Positions 61,594-64,000 of a DNA stretch of 64,000 nt are shown here, piece after piece. Source of the DNA: Mytilus trossulus (lineage: Eukaryota); contig NC_086375.1 of assembly GCF_036588685.1 (NCBI RefSeq), positions 59,582,001 through 59,646,000 of the forward strand. Direction: 5' to 3'. The first letter of the stretch is position 1. Every line of letters begins with the position of its first letter. The position numbers were made by a program, and so were the translations under genes. The notes under the pieces were generated by a model, which saw only the letters and a list, made by a program, of their open reading frames with translations, was not told where the DNA came from and did no database searches.

Positions 61594-63773
61594 GCTTGGT
61601 TCACACTGCCGATCAGATCAACTCGATGATCATTCCGATCAGTTTACGATCTTTACTCGACTATCTAGACCCAATCAACTATTCACGATCCCAACCTGAT
61701 CTCGACCAAACTAGATCGACCAGATCGTATATGGGTCGTAAGTTTTATATGGAATTGGTCTGGTATGTATATTTTCCTCCAAATTTTTATCCCACGCCGC
61801 CTGGAGTGGGCATTACGTGTTACTCTTGTCCGTACGTATGTCCCAACAATATTAGTTTCCATTCTCTAATTATATTTTGCCTCAACCACAGTTCAAATGC
61901 GAATTTGTGTGACCGTTCTTGTGTAATGATCCTTAATAATGTTATATATGCTAGCTGAACACACTCTCCGTTTATTTGGTTATATTCAGTAGAAGGTCTG
62001 AGTAAAATCATACATTTAAAATATCTACATAGAAATAAAGCAGTTGGATTTGTGGGCAAAGTGGTAAGAGCTCTGAGAAACAGGTTAATAGCTGTAACGG
62101 AGTTTGAAGGGTGAATAGAAGATGATGTAGACAGGAACGGGCACCGAAAAATCTAGGTGAGGGAGTGGCTGAGACGATGAACACTGCATGTGTGGGCAGT
62201 ATGAGATACTTGCACTAACTGTAATAGTAGTTAACACCGGGCTGAAGTATGTCCATTTATATATTGCTTTTTTGGGGGAAATGACACCACAAAATGAGAT
62301 TTGTCACTGGATTAGTACTTCTGATAGACAGCAATATACATAAACTTTACCACCCCTTGTCCTTGCTATCTTACAAATAAAGCGTAATGTTTGTGTCATA
62401 TATTGTGCATAAATATGTTATTAGTATTTTTCATAGATTTGATATCCAGTAGTTAACGGTTAAAGATATTCATTTTCGTTTCGCTGTATGGCAACAACCT
62501 GCATGTATTTGCTAAAAAATATTGCAAAAGAGGACAAAGATGACACACATTTCCGCAAAATTATACCCAAAGTAGAATTTCAATTATCTGTTGTGGTACC
62601 TTTTATGAAACTGTATACAACTTGACATATATATATCAAGAGATCAAAAGTGCATTTTTCTCACCAAAGTTTGGTAAACGTTGTGTGCCGTTGGTTATAG
62701 TTTGTTATACGATACAGAATCAGAAACAAATGCATCGTTTAATCAGAGTTTGATGACCCTGTTTAAACTGTCAAAAACGCATGCACATAGCAACACATAA
62801 CCCAACAAAACCTAGAAAGATCGCAGGTGGTCCGGAAGGAAATAAAATCCTGCAATTTTAGGAAATTTCAATAACAATGATAGGTTATTGCACAACTACT
62901 TTCATATTTGAAAAATCCGCCGGTGCCAAAGTTGGAGGATTTTCTTCCCTTCCGGAACACATGAGATCTTCCCAGGTTTTGATGGGTTACGTGTTACTAA
63001 GTTTTTAGTCTCTATGTTATGTGTTATGTCTTCTCGTCAGTTTTCGTTTTCGTTTTCGCTATGGCTGTGTCTGTTTGTTTTCGACCTTTGAGTTTGATTG
63101 GTCCTTTGGTGTCTTTTGCCTTCCTTTAAAAATGTTACCTCTTCTTGCAAAAGGTAAGACACGTTCTGTGCATGGAGGAATTTTTGTACAATAAAACAAA
63201 ATGTTGACAATATATTTTTGTGGAAACAGAGTTATGACAGTTAATCAGATCTGCACACACTTTTAGAGAATCGTGTATCAGTCGTGTGTTCTGGTGTATG
63301 GCCGAATAGAGATCGAAGAGTGGTCGAATGTGGTCGCGAAAGGAGCGGGTATTGGTCAAATTGGTCTGGGATAAAATGAATATAGAATTCGCAGTGCTCT
63401 GGAAGCGATCGGGCATTGGTCGAGTTAATCTGGAAATGATCGAACATTAGTCGAGCAAAGGTCGAAATGATCGAGTACTAATCGGTAAACTTTTGTATTC
63501 CGACTAAACCCGATCTCTACACGATCCTTCCCCGATCAATTCGAATTCGACCGTTACTCGACTTTCCGATCTCTTCTCTAGTGAATTGCTTCTCGATCCT
63601 TACTCGAATGTTTTTGACATTTCAAAATCTCTCGGGTAGAAAGTCAGATCGATGAAGAGCAAGGTAGACTATCCCGAACATGCTTGTCGATTGAGTCAGT
63701 CCAGTCTCCCGATCACGTTATTTGTTTTGATCGGGCTTGATTGAGTTGGTCTGATCGGCAGTGGGAACCCAGA
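61594..63773. mobile_element. Non-autonomous TIR DNA transposon (PIF/Harbinger-like ends)
   Basis: TIRs ggttcacactgccgatcagatcaactc / gagttggtctgatcggcagtgggaacc, with CGATC/TCGAC-rich subterminal regions. It splits a known repeat end (gagaatggatatggga | aagagacaacaacccgacca). Confidence 0.6.
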
Positions 63774-64000
63774 TTAAGAGACAACAACCCGACCAAAGAG
63801 CAAATAACTCAAAGTTCACCATAGATCAATTTGGCCATTTTTTATGTCCCTTTTCGTCATGTAATATCTCCTAAAACAAACACTGGGTTTAACACTTTTG
63901 GATTCGAGTTTTCCCGGCTATGTTTGATCCAGAAACGCGGTTCGACTACACCAAATGTTTTAAGAGTTATTTTAATTTGATTATTTAGTATAAATGTGTT

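Overview
AT-rich, intron-rich, repeat-rich animal genomic DNA. It is not prokaryotic; the repeat families and hammerhead 'retrozyme' repeats suggest a bivalve, probably Mytilus (inference from recall, not a database result). The main content is a tandem cluster of five divergent calmodulin-like (EF-hand) genes, labelled A-E here: A 13708-16080 (-), B 21017-24753 (-), C 25299-28123 (+), D 29180-39119 (+) and E 41506-54897 (+). I assembled each by hand from GT-AG sites. All five keep the calmodulin exon plan (lone ATG / 31 / 144 / 231-252 / 29 bp) with intact frames. None is canonical calmodulin, and each has a different pattern of intact versus degenerate Ca2+ loops. B and C are head-to-head with ~545 bp between their ATGs. 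The 5' exons of an unidentified minus-strand gene with an NLS-like N-terminus lie at 1733-3829. The non-coding DNA holds at least two families of minimal type I hammerhead ribozymes (including a tandem retrozyme-like array), Penelope-like RT remnants, CR1/L2-type LINE fragments, Helitron and Helentron/HINE-type elements, a tRNA-like cloverleaf, a 1.8-kb tandem duplication and several large foldback/palindromic elements. Exon and ribozyme coordinates were counted by hand; repeat boundaries are approximate.
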